Source of the DNA: Verrucomicrobiia bacterium
Lineage (GTDB): Bacteria > Verrucomicrobiota > Verrucomicrobiia > Limisphaerales > DASXHY01
Direction: 5' to 3'
Assembly: GCA_035765675.1 (NCBI GenBank)
Contig: DASTXC010000173.1
Span: 5,644 to 69,643, forward strand
Length of the DNA stretch: 64,000 nt
Made by a program: the position numbers and the translations under genes. Shown here piece after piece: positions 1 to 9,607 of the stretch. The notes under the pieces are model-generated. The model did not search any database. It had not been told where the DNA came from and saw nothing but the letters and a program-made list of their open reading frames with translations. Numbering within the stretch: the first letter of the stretch is position 1; every line of letters starts with the position of its first letter.

Positions 1-861
<861 letters not shown>

Positions 862-1012
862 GGCGGCAAAACCGCTGAACACGCGAAATACGCGGAAGCT
901 CGGACATCGCGATTATAGATCGCAAATTCGTCCGGTCGGAGCGCGCGTTTGAAAAATCGGAAATCAAAAAAGAAGTTTCTGTTTCCGCAATTCCTGTCCG
1001 CGTATTTAGCGG

Positions 1013-3700
1013 TTAGAAATCAGTTCGAAAGCTCTCCGGCGGACCGAGGTAACTGGGCTTCAGTCCGCCGCAATCCACGAGAATTTTTTGCAACACCACA
1101 GCGGGATCCACGCTCCATATTTTCAGCGTATGCGCGCCAGCGGTTGAAAGGGTTTGTTGCGATTTCATGGTGCGAACGCTGTCTTTGACCGATTTCTCCC
1201 AATCACGATTGCCATCGCCCGCGCTATAGCCTTGCGGAACCACGGTGAGAATCTGCGGATCGTTGTTATCGAACGAGATGCCAATTCGAACACCGCGATC
1301 CGGCATGAAGTTCAAAGCGGGCGACAGAATCAAAGCCACTTCCACCGCGCCGGTTCGGGAAAGCCACATCTGATATTCCAGATGTGCGGAGCCTTTCGTT
1401 GGCGTAACACTGGGCGCGGTGACAGGAAAAATGGTTACGCCGGAAAGGGTTCGACCATGATCCGGAAGAATTTCCCAATGAATCGACTTCGTATCGACTT
1501 TCCTGGTGAAATGTTCGGCTTCAATTGAAACGTACCCGTCCGATTCGACAAAACCGCGCCAGTCTGTCGGCGGCTTGCTTGAAGTGGATTCGCGATTTGC
1601 CGGCTCAACGTAAGATTCGATTGCGGAGTTCCCGGTCGCGCTGTTGGTAACTTCCACGACTCTGGGCATCACATTCGAACGCGGCTCCTGCCAGCCGGTG
1701 TAGCCGATGTGAGTCTGATCCATCATGTGATTCCATTTTCCGCCGGCGAGCTGATGGTTGTAAAAGCTGGAAAGCTCCGCGTCCTCCTGAAACAGTTCGC
1801 GCGCCTGAGCAGCAAAGCGATTCGCGCGTTCGTCATTTTTCTCTGCATAAAAACGATTCTTCGCCACGGCAACATAAAGCTCATTCACTACGGCGCTCGC
1901 TTTGGTGGGATACAGCACCAGTTGATAAAATGCGTCACTCGATTCTTTCGGCAGCACGGCGTAAATGGTTTCTGCTTTCTCAACGATTGCTTTCCAGTCC
2001 GCAATCACGCGATCCGCTTCATCGTAGTTTTCAAGACTGAAGGTTCCGGGCTCCAGCAGTTCCGGTTTGCGACGTCCGTTGAATTTCGTGTAGCGCGAAG
2101 CGATTTCCGCGATGGCTCCCGCGTGCTCCGGTCCAAACTCGCGTTCCGCCCAAAGGCGCGTGTATTCCGCGAGACGATTCGCCGGCCATTGATCCGGCCG
2201 GCGCGCGAAGGTGAGAAAAAATTCGATGGGAAATTCCATCGGTTTGAGATCGCCCACATTCACAATCCAAAGCCGGTCCGCGCCGTAGCGATACGCGAGA
2301 TTCATCTGCTCCTGAACCTTCGTGATCGGCACTGTGTTCAACCATTTGTAATTGCGCGGGCCGCCGACGTAATCGAAGTGATAATAAATTCCCGCGCCGC
2401 CGCTGCGATGACGTTCCGCCGTCGTTGGCAAACGGCGAAGATTTCCCCAGTTGTCATCGCACCAGAGGAGCGTCACATCGTCCGGCACGCGCATGCCTTT
2501 TTCATAGTAACCCTGGACTTCTTTGTAGAGCGCCCAGACCTGCGGCACGGATTCGGCATTGGTGTTCATCACGCGGCTGATGATTTCCCGCTGATCGGCG
2601 ACAATTTTTTCGAGCAGTGAAATGCTGTCCGTTTCCGACATGGGTTCGTCGCCGTCACCACGCATTCCGACGGTGATCACTTTTTCATAATCCTTCGTGC
2701 GGCGAACGCCTTCTTCCCAAAAATCGCGCAAGGAATCTGCGTTCTTCGAATAATCCCACGAACCTTTCTTGTGGCCCGCGCGTTCCCATTCCTTCCATGC
2801 ACGCATCATAGGTTCGTGATGCGATGTGCTCATGACGATTCCATATTCGTCCGCGAGTTGCGCGTTGAGTGGATCGTCGGTGGCGAAGGAATTGTTCCAC
2901 ATGGCAGGCCAGAGATAATTCGCCTTCAAACGCAGCAGCAGCTCGAAAACGTTTGTGTAGAAGCCGTGATTCAAACCGCCGAATTTTTCGTGCGTCCAGC
3001 CGGAAAGAGCCGGCGCTTCGTCGTTCAGGAAAATGCCGCGATACTTCACCGCGGGCGGGCCTTCCACGAATTTTCCGGCACGAACAAATAACTCATCGCG
3101 ATGCCGCACCGGCACATCCGCCCACCAATACCACGGCGAAACTCCGATCTGCTCGGAAAGATCGTAAATGCCGAAAATCGTTCCGCGCTTGTCACTGCCC
3201 GCGATAACGAGCGCATTGCTTACGCCGGAAAAAGGGTGGGGGATCGCCTGAATTAAAAACGACTCCCACTTTCCTTCAACGCCCGAGACATCGATTTTCT
3301 TTTCGCGAATCAGTTGATCGAGCAATCGATTTTTTCCAATTGTGCCGATGAGAATCACGCGCGACGGCAGTTGATTCGTGGCTTGAACAATCTTTGGACG
3401 CATATTGCTGACGCGCTGAATGTCGGACTGAAGATTTGTTACCGCACGAAGCACACCGGCGAAATCGGAAGGATCAACAAAGATTTCGGCAGCGCTATTC
3501 TTTTGAAAAAGCGTGAAGCCATCCGCAGTCGCATTCGTTTGGATATAACTCGGCTGGCCAAGTCCAAAAGCAAATGGCGTCGGCAGAAACAAGGTGATTA
3601 CGCAGAAGGCCGCGGCGGCAATCCGCGAAAACGTTGCGGAAAGCAGAAGCGTCCTGTGATTAAAAAAGTGCCGGACAGAATCGGACCATGCGGATTGCAT
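1013..3700 (-). CDS. Glycoside hydrolase family 115-like protein (putative xylan alpha-glucuronidase), exported
   Basis: 895-aa ORF with a hydrophobic N-terminal signal-like segment. Blocks 'LIGTIGKNRLLDQLIREKKIDVSGVEGKWESFLI', 'YRGIFLNDEAPALSGW' and 'STSHHEPMMRAW' match GH115 conserved regions as I recall them. Start codon not refined. Confidence 0.72.
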   Translation of the reverse strand: MQSAWSDSVRHFFNHRTLLLSATFSRIAAAAFCVITLFLPTPFAFGLGQPSYIQTNATADGFTLFQKNSAAEIFVDPSDFAGVLRAVTNLQSDIQRVSNMRPKIVQATNQLPSRVILIGTIGKNRLLDQLIREKKIDVSGVEGKWESFLIQAIPHPFSGVSNALVIAGSDKRGTIFGIYDLSEQIGVSPWYWWADVPVRHRDELFVRAGKFVEGPPAVKYRGIFLNDEAPALSGWTHEKFGGLNHGFYTNVFELLLRLKANYLWPAMWNNSFATDDPLNAQLADEYGIVMSTSHHEPMMRAWKEWERAGHKKGSWDYSKNADSLRDFWEEGVRRTKDYEKVITVGMRGDGDEPMSETDSISLLEKIVADQREIISRVMNTNAESVPQVWALYKEVQGYYEKGMRVPDDVTLLWCDDNWGNLRRLPTTAERHRSGGAGIYYHFDYVGGPRNYKWLNTVPITKVQEQMNLAYRYGADRLWIVNVGDLKPMEFPIEFFLTFARRPDQWPANRLAEYTRLWAEREFGPEHAGAIAEIASRYTKFNGRRKPELLEPGTFSLENYDEADRVIADWKAIVEKAETIYAVLPKESSDAFYQLVLYPTKASAVVNELYVAVAKNRFYAEKNDERANRFAAQARELFQEDAELSSFYNHQLAGGKWNHMMDQTHIGYTGWQEPRSNVMPRVVEVTNSATGNSAIESYVEPANRESTSSKPPTDWRGFVESDGYVSIEAEHFTRKVDTKSIHWEILPDHGRTLSGVTIFPVTAPSVTPTKGSAHLEYQMWLSRTGAVEVALILSPALNFMPDRGVRIGISFDNNDPQILTVVPQGYSAGDGNRDWEKSVKDSVRTMKSQQTLSTAGAHTLKIWSVDPAVVLQKILVDCGGLKPSYLGPPESFRTDF

Positions 3701-3812
3701 TGGGATTTTTGGGTTGAACTGGCCGCGAACTTAGCAGCCGAAATTTCAATCAGGAATGGACAATCCTGCGAATTGAAACTGGGACTCGTGTAACTCGTCC
3801 TTCCGGAGGGAA

Positions 3813-4517
3813 TTAAAAATTTGGCGAAAGCTCTTCCGGATGTCCGCGGCGCACCACTCGGCCACGTTCCATCATCAGCACTTCACTGCAAAGCGAACGG
3901 ACTTCGGGCCAATCATGCGTGACGTAGAGCATGGCAATCTGAAATTCATCCCGCACGCGCGCGAGGTAGGGAATGATCCGGGATTTCAATCCGGTATCGA
4001 GACTCGCCAGCGGTTCATCGAGGAGGAGAATACGCGGTGAACTCAGAAGCGCGCGGGCCAGGGCCACGCGTTGTTTTTCGCCGCCGGAAAGATTCTGAAC
4101 GCGGCGATCGGTGTGAGATTGAATTTCCAGAACCTTGACGACGTGATCGTAGCTGAAGATGGAATTGATGTCCGCTTCCGCTTTGTGCCCGTAGAGCAGG
4201 TTTTGTTTTACGGAAAGATGCGGGAACAACGCCAAATCCTGCGGAACATAACCGATTCGGCGAAAGCGCGCGGGAACAAATGTGCGCGTTGAGGTATCGG
4301 TCAGAACCCGTTCGCCGAGTTGAATCAATGCGGAGCCGGGATGACGCAGTCCTGCGATCAGATCCAGCAGCGAAGTTTTGCCCGCCCCGGACGGGCCGAA
4401 GATCGCGGTGACGCGGCTGTGGATTTCGAGATCGGCTTCGAGAAAAAAATCCGCGAGTCGCAGCGAAACATTTTTCAGGATCAGTTTCACGGATTGGTTC
4501 GTCGTCGCATCAGCCAT
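3813..4517 (-). CDS. modC: Molybdate ABC transporter ATP-binding protein ModC (short form, no Mop/TOBE domain)
   Basis: Walker A 'GPSGAGKTSLLDLIAG', signature 'LSGGEKQRVALARAL', Walker B 'ILLLDEPLASLD'. It lies downstream of modA and modB. Start placed at ATG 4517 (MADATTNQ...) because the upstream part of tracked ORF 3813..4868 is Arg-rich junk overlapping modB. Confidence 0.85.
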   Translation of the reverse strand: MADATTNQSVKLILKNVSLRLADFFLEADLEIHSRVTAIFGPSGAGKTSLLDLIAGLRHPGSALIQLGERVLTDTSTRTFVPARFRRIGYVPQDLALFPHLSVKQNLLYGHKAEADINSIFSYDHVVKVLEIQSHTDRRVQNLSGGEKQRVALARALLSSPRILLLDEPLASLDTGLKSRIIPYLARVRDEFQIAMLYVTHDWPEVRSLCSEVLMMERGRVVRRGHPEELSPNF

Positions 4518-5158
4518 TCGCTCCCCCAAACCGCCGCGAATGCCAGCGCAACCGACAGCGCCAACAAACGGTAAGCATGAGAATCTTCGCCAAGTTGAAC
4601 GGATTGGAAAATCGCGAGCGACAGCGTGGAAGTTTTTCCCGGAATATTGCCCGCGATCATAATGGTTGCGCCGAATTCTCCGAGCGCACGCGCAAACGCC
4701 AGCAGCATCCCGCCGAGAATGCCGTTGCGCGCCAGCGGCAAAGTGATCGTGCAGAAAACGCGCGGATTGCTGGCGCCGAGCGTGCGAGCGATTTGTTCGA
4801 AGCGTGGATTGACCTGCTCGAACGCCACCCGTGCGGAACGCACCAGCAACGGAAATGACATCACACAAAGAGCAATCAGAACGCCACGCCAGGTGAATAC
4901 GATATCGAGATTCAAACTGTCATGAAGCAACCCACCGATTGGGCCGCGCCGTCCGAAGAGCTTGAGGAGAATCAAACCGGTGGCTACTGGCGGCATGACC
5001 AATGGAACGGAAACCAGCGTTTCCACAATGGATTTTCCCGGCCATTGAAATCGAGCGAGCAGCCACGCCACTGTCAAGCCAAACGGCAAAATCACCAGCG
5101 TGCTTAACGCTGAAACCCAAGCCGTGAAACCGAGAATCTGCCACGCTTCAGGGTTCAT
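4487..5158 (-). CDS. modB: Molybdate ABC transporter permease ModB
   Basis: Polytopic ABC permease with EAA-type loop 'EQIARTLGASNPRVFCTITLPLARNG'. It sits between modA and modC. Start at ATG 5158 (MNPEAWQ...); an alternative start is 5185. Confidence 0.85.
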   Translation of the reverse strand: MNPEAWQILGFTAWVSALSTLVILPFGLTVAWLLARFQWPGKSIVETLVSVPLVMPPVATGLILLKLFGRRGPIGGLLHDSLNLDIVFTWRGVLIALCVMSFPLLVRSARVAFEQVNPRFEQIARTLGASNPRVFCTITLPLARNGILGGMLLAFARALGEFGATIMIAGNIPGKTSTLSLAIFQSVQLGEDSHAYRLLALSVALAFAAVWGSEWLMRRRTNP

Positions 5159-5954
5159 GTGGTTTCGCCGGCGGCAGCACGACAAAGCCGTAATGCCTGA
5201 AGATCGCGGAGGCTTTTCCCGAACGCAGATAGGTCAGAAATTGTTTGGCTGACTCGAGATGTTCTGAATCTTTGATGACAGCCACTGGATAACGGATTTT
5301 TGGACTGTCCGCGGGCGGAACTTCATACGCGACTTTCACCTGTTTAGAAATTCCGGCGTCGGTGGAGTAAACCATTCCGGCTTCGACATTGCCGGATTCC
5401 ACGGCGGCCAGCGTGGCGCGGACGTTCGCGGTGGGAATGACTTTGGGCGCGATTTGATTCCAGATTCCGATTTTTTCGAAATAGAGCCTGGAATAAATTC
5501 CCGCCGGAACTGCTTTCGGATCGGCAAGCGCAAGCTGTTTCACTTCCGGACGCAACAGATCGTCCGGCGAGTGGATCGACAGAGCGCTGTCGCGGGCAGT
5601 GACAATCACCAGCGAATTCCCGAGAAGTGTTTGGCGGGTGTCATTGATGATTCGCCCGCGCTGTTCGAGAGCATCCATTTTGGCTTCGTCGGCAGAGAGA
5701 AAAATATCCGCGGGCGCGCCTTCCTCGATTTGTCGCGCGAGAAAACTGGAAGCCGCGAGATTGAAACTGATTTTTGTTCCGTGTTCCTGTTCGTAAGCCG
5801 AGGCGATTTCGCGCAGGGAATCAGTGAGGCTGGCGGCGGCGAAAACCGTGAGTTCATCGGCGCGCAATTGCGATCCAGCGACGCAGCAGGCCAGGAATAA
5901 AATCAGCATCAGGCCCTTTCGCGCGCTGAAATGAAATCGCTTCCGCATGCGCAA
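5148..5954 (-). CDS. modA: Periplasmic molybdate-binding protein ModA
   Basis: Signal peptide (MRMRKRFHFSARKGLMLILFLACCVAG) followed by 'LTVFAAASLTDSLREIA...ISFNLAASSFLARQIEEGAPADIFLSAD', typical of the ModA/WtpA family. First gene of the modABC order. Confidence 0.85.
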   Translation of the reverse strand: MRMRKRFHFSARKGLMLILFLACCVAGSQLRADELTVFAAASLTDSLREIASAYEQEHGTKISFNLAASSFLARQIEEGAPADIFLSADEAKMDALEQRGRIINDTRQTLLGNSLVIVTARDSALSIHSPDDLLRPEVKQLALADPKAVPAGIYSRLYFEKIGIWNQIAPKVIPTANVRATLAAVESGNVEAGMVYSTDAGISKQVKVAYEVPPADSPKIRYPVAVIKDSEHLESAKQFLTYLRSGKASAIFRHYGFVVLPPAKPHEP

Positions 5955-6006
5955 AACTAGGATGAAAGCACGGCGCGAAGCGAGCGGGATTTGTGGCGCG
6001 AGCCTG

Positions 6007-6041
6007 GAAAAACGCGCGGCTTCAGCAATGCAATGCCGCGC
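6007..6041 (-). terminator. Rho-independent terminator downstream of the 638-aa exported-protein gene
   Basis: On the minus strand: GCGCGGC-attgcattgctgaa-GCCGCGC followed by GTTTTT. That is a 7-bp GC stem, a 14-nt loop and a T-tract, about 45 nt after the stop at 6085. Confidence 0.6.
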
Positions 6042-6084
6042 TCGAATCCCGGTTGGCTTCAGATTGGTTTCAGGAACTGCGGCG

Positions 6085-8001
6085 CTATTTCCGCAGATCG
6101 GCGGGAACGGGGCTGAAGAAATTAAAGTTCAACGCTTCCGGAGTCGCGACGCCGGCATAAACCGTAAATGAAAAGTATTTCGCAATCTTTTCAAACGGCG
6201 GGAGCAGCGAAAAATCAACCCAGTCTTTCAGCGGATTTTCCGGCACGAATGCGGGAATGCCTGGCGCGAGCATTTCGGTCTTTTCCGGTTCGCTGGCTTT
6301 CTTTCGCAGCGCTTCGATGGTGGCGCGCGTGGTTTCAGACACGTTTTCGTAGGCCAGCCATCCGGTGCTGCCGCCGCCGACCTTCGCGACGGCATCACTG
6401 AAGCCGGCGGAATCGCGAAGCTGTTTTTGTTCGCTGTTGCCGCTGCGGAGATATTCTTCCAGGAGACCGACATCGGAGGTGAAAGCCACATAGCTGCCAC
6501 TGGCGGTGTAGTAAAGAGTGTTCGTGGATTTTCCGGAAGCGCTGGACGGCAGGGTAGGAGCGGGCACGGAATAAATTTTTCTGCCTAGAAAATCACGTTC
6601 TTTGGGCGTGCTGTCCTGAGCGTTGGAAAGCGCGAGAATGGCTTTGAACGACGATGCGAACTGCTCGGCGTTCGGCGAGCCGATCAACAACAATGACGGC
6701 GCGGATTGAAGTTCCGCAAAGCTGGTTCCCTTTGGCGCTTTTTCGTAAGCGATTACATCATCGCCAAGATTGCCGAAGATATTTTTGCGGAGGTCGAAGT
6801 TGGGATCTTTTTGTTTCGCGGCATCATTGGCGGTGTCGAGGACGAAGTTCAGGCTTCCCACCATTTGCGGGAAGATCTCATTCAACATGCTTTGAAACGT
6901 GGCCCAGGCTTTCTGGCCATCAATGCGGATGCGCTGAAATTTTACAACGTCAGCGGGAACGAACGCCGGAGGAGAAGCTTCCTTGCCTGACGCGGGAAAC
7001 AGCTTGAACAACCCTTGGCGCGCGGATTCCGGCACACCCAGCGAAAACTGAAAGGAAGTGCCTTCGTTGAAAACGTGAACCGTGAACGCCGCAGTCCGCA
7101 ATCCGCCGAGGCCCGTGGCTGAAATGATTTTCGACATGTCAAAGACAGAAGCGAAGGGACTGGATTCCGTTTGCGTGTCTTTCAACATTGCGTCGAGATA
7201 CGTTTTCACATCGACCCACGCATATATCGGCGCGTTCCGAAACAGCGCCACGCGAACTGATTCGAATGCTGCGAGATCTCCGAGCGAAGGCATTGAGCCG
7301 CCGGTCAAATGCACGGCTACTTTCTCCACCGCCTTCGTGGAATTTCCAACGATCAGAAGCGATTCAAATTGTCCAAACACGAGTTCCGTTCCCGGCGTTG
7401 AATTGGTGGAGTCGTCTTCTCCTTCATCGTTAGCACTGGGCGAGAGAAATTTCTTCAGCGATGCGGGAACGTCGTCATCCGCGAGCGGAAGAATCGAAAA
7501 GTCGATGTCGCGAATCTTCTCGGTGCGAATCGATTTGCCGGAATCGAGCCACTTGCGTTTCAGAGTCGCTAGATTTGTTTTGAGCTGATCGCTGTGGCCT
7601 TTGGCGTCCAGCAACAACAGCACCCCGGGAGTTTGCCCATCAACTGTGGTCCAGCCATTTTGCGTGATGGCAAACGTGAGCTGGCCCTGCGGCAGGCTGG
7701 TGTAATCGTCGAACTTGACCCCAAGATCGCGTTCCAGCGGCTCCAGCAGTTCTTCTTTGAGCTTCGACATGAAATGGTCGCGGAATGGTTTCATCGCCGG
7801 ATCTTTCCACAGCTGCGTCTGCGGTGAAGCGAGGCAGATTTCCTGGAACTTCGCGTAATCCGGGATCGTGACCACGAGTAACGTATCATCCGGCAGAAGC
7901 TTTTCCGGTGTGAGAATGGCGGCATGCAGACTGCCGAGAGCAGCGGTCATTGCCAGGAAAATTCCAGCGGCGAGACGGCGCGATGCGAGTGTGAATTTCA
8001 T
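6085..8001 (-). CDS. Hypothetical exported protein (638 aa)
   Basis: Long ORF with a clear signal peptide (MKFTLASRRLAAGIFLAMTAALGSLHAA). The opposite-strand ORFs look like non-coding junk. I recognise no family. Confidence 0.8.
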   Translation of the reverse strand: MKFTLASRRLAAGIFLAMTAALGSLHAAILTPEKLLPDDTLLVVTIPDYAKFQEICLASPQTQLWKDPAMKPFRDHFMSKLKEELLEPLERDLGVKFDDYTSLPQGQLTFAITQNGWTTVDGQTPGVLLLLDAKGHSDQLKTNLATLKRKWLDSGKSIRTEKIRDIDFSILPLADDDVPASLKKFLSPSANDEGEDDSTNSTPGTELVFGQFESLLIVGNSTKAVEKVAVHLTGGSMPSLGDLAAFESVRVALFRNAPIYAWVDVKTYLDAMLKDTQTESSPFASVFDMSKIISATGLGGLRTAAFTVHVFNEGTSFQFSLGVPESARQGLFKLFPASGKEASPPAFVPADVVKFQRIRIDGQKAWATFQSMLNEIFPQMVGSLNFVLDTANDAAKQKDPNFDLRKNIFGNLGDDVIAYEKAPKGTSFAELQSAPSLLLIGSPNAEQFASSFKAILALSNAQDSTPKERDFLGRKIYSVPAPTLPSSASGKSTNTLYYTASGSYVAFTSDVGLLEEYLRSGNSEQKQLRDSAGFSDAVAKVGGGSTGWLAYENVSETTRATIEALRKKASEPEKTEMLAPGIPAFVPENPLKDWVDFSLLPPFEKIAKYFSFTVYAGVATPEALNFNFFSPVPADLRK

Positions 8002-8025
8002 AAGGAAGTTTCTGATTCGGAACGG

Positions 8026-9012
8026 TTATTCGACAGCGGCCTGATCCTGCCGGGCGTGGCTGGGCGGCGGCAAATAGCGGTAAGGATTGCTGGGATTGTC
8101 GTTCGAATAGGCGTAAGCGTCTCGGTGATCGAGGAAATACTTCACGCTTTCAATCGGGATCGCAAAGCCAAGACCTTCACCAAAAGTAATTTTCATGTTG
8201 GTGATCCCGATGACTTCACCACTGAGATTGAACAGTGGGCCGCCGCTGTTGCCGGGATTGATTTGTGCCGTGGTTTGAAGATAAAGCTCGCCCTGCATCT
8301 CCCGCGTTTTGGTGCTGAGAATACCTTCGGTCACGGTGCGTTCCAGTCCCAGCGGACTTCCCACCGCGAACACGCGTTCGCCTACCGCCATCGCATCCGA
8401 ACTGCCGAGCAATACGTATTTAAACTTTGGCGCATCCTTGTCTTCGATCTTCAGCAACGCCAGATCCGCGAATTTATTCATCGCGACGATGCGAACCTGC
8501 TTGTAGGTTTTCGGTTCAAGCTGGCCGTTTTTCTGAAGATAAACTTCGACCGAAATCTGCGTTTCGCCTTCGATCACGTGAAAGTTCGTCATCAGAAATC
8601 CATCTTCGTTGATAATGAATCCAGAACCGAGACCACCGGGAGTGCGAACCTGGACAACGGCTTCGCCAATTGTTTTGACCAGATCGCGCACGTTGCTTGC
8701 GGGACCGGGTTTGTTCGGCGCGACGTAAAAATGTGAGGATGTGTCGGGAGCGGCGGTCGGAACTTCAGGCGCGGGAAGCCTGGCGGATGATGGAGTTTCC
8801 GGGGCGGTTGTATCCGTTTTTATAATCTTCGCAATCTGATCGCGGGGAATGGTCAGAAAAGTGTATCCGAGGTCGAGAACGATTTCCTTTCGATTCTCGC
8901 CAATGATCCTGCCGGTGACGGTTGATTTCTCCTTGAGTTGAACCGTTTCAGCCTGGCCCGCCAGCGCTCCGCAGAGGAAAATCGCTGGCCAAACAACGGA
9001 CTTTTTTAGCAT
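8026..9012 (-). CDS. Trypsin-like (S1C/HtrA-type) serine protease, exported, no obvious PDZ domain
   Basis: Catalytic-triad contexts 'TNFHVIEG' (His), 'DLALLKI' (Asp) and 'GNSGGPLFN' (Ser). Signal peptide from ATG 9012 (MLKKSVVWPAIFLCGALAGQA). Confidence 0.85.
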   Translation of the reverse strand: MLKKSVVWPAIFLCGALAGQAETVQLKEKSTVTGRIIGENRKEIVLDLGYTFLTIPRDQIAKIIKTDTTAPETPSSARLPAPEVPTAAPDTSSHFYVAPNKPGPASNVRDLVKTIGEAVVQVRTPGGLGSGFIINEDGFLMTNFHVIEGETQISVEVYLQKNGQLEPKTYKQVRIVAMNKFADLALLKIEDKDAPKFKYVLLGSSDAMAVGERVFAVGSPLGLERTVTEGILSTKTREMQGELYLQTTAQINPGNSGGPLFNLSGEVIGITNMKITFGEGLGFAIPIESVKYFLDHRDAYAYSNDNPSNPYRYLPPPSHARQDQAAVE

Positions 9013-9124
9013 GGATTGACGGTAATGAACGGGCTGAGTTTTGACAAGGAACGTTCCGCCGATGCCATGCAACGCAATGACGAATCAGTTGATGCGCCGG
9101 ATCCAATCCGGCCATCCACCGGCA

Positions 9125-9472
9125 TCAACGACGGGCGTAACGGCTGCCGATATAAATCACAGTTGAACCGGAATTGCACGAATAGCCGCGGTTTGAAGTG
9201 ATATAATTTCCGCTTTTGCCGCCGATATGAATCACCGTTGAGGAAGTAGAGCAGGGGCGGGGCATCGTTGCGTAGATGGCGGCATTGGCGGCCGATGCGA
9301 CGTAATAAACCGGCGCGTAATAGGCAACCGGCGCCTGGTAAACAACGGGGGATTGATACACGACCGGCGTGGCATAGCTGACCGGCGCGCAGGACGAATC
9401 GTAGTAATTGTTTCCGGCGTTTGTAATAACAATGGAACCCAGCAGGGCGATGAGGCTGATGATGGTTTTCAT
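9125..9472 (-). CDS. Small secreted Tyr/Val/Pro-rich repeat protein (115 aa), unknown function
   Basis: Signal peptide MKTIISLIALLGSIVITNAG. Internal repeats 'PVVYQSPVVYQAPVAYYAPVYYVA' and duplicated 'STVIHIGGKSGNY' / 'STVIYIGSRYARR'. Own transcription unit, since the clpC terminator lies upstream. Confidence 0.55.
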   Translation of the reverse strand: MKTIISLIALLGSIVITNAGNNYYDSSCAPVSYATPVVYQSPVVYQAPVAYYAPVYYVASAANAAIYATMPRPCSTSSTVIHIGGKSGNYITSNRGYSCNSGSTVIYIGSRYARR

Positions 9473-9558
9473 AATTCCTTTTCTCTGGACGCTGTATCGG
9501 AAGATAAATTCAAAAGACATAGAAAATCAAACAGCGAAATTGGCGCAATGATTCCAAT

Positions 9559-9588
9559 AAAAAACGCCAACCGCTTTTGCGATTGGCG
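9559..9588 (-). terminator. Rho-independent terminator of clpC
   Basis: Minus strand: CGCCAA-tcgcaaaagcgg-TTGGCG followed by TTTTTT, about 20 nt after the clpC stop (9608). Confidence 0.65.
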
Positions 9589-9607
9589 TTGTTGAGAGTT
9601 TTGCGCT

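Noticed and set aside
4518-4868. 117-codon N-terminal extension of modC in the tracked ORF
   Set aside because: It overlaps the modB coding sequence in another frame and is Arg-rich. A canonical ABC N-terminus begins at the internal ATG 4517.
5955-6084. Possible Moco riboswitch or ModE box upstream of modA
   Set aside because: I looked for the conserved Moco-motif features on the minus strand and recognised none. The only clear structure is the terminator of the upstream gene. A covariance-model scan would be decisive.
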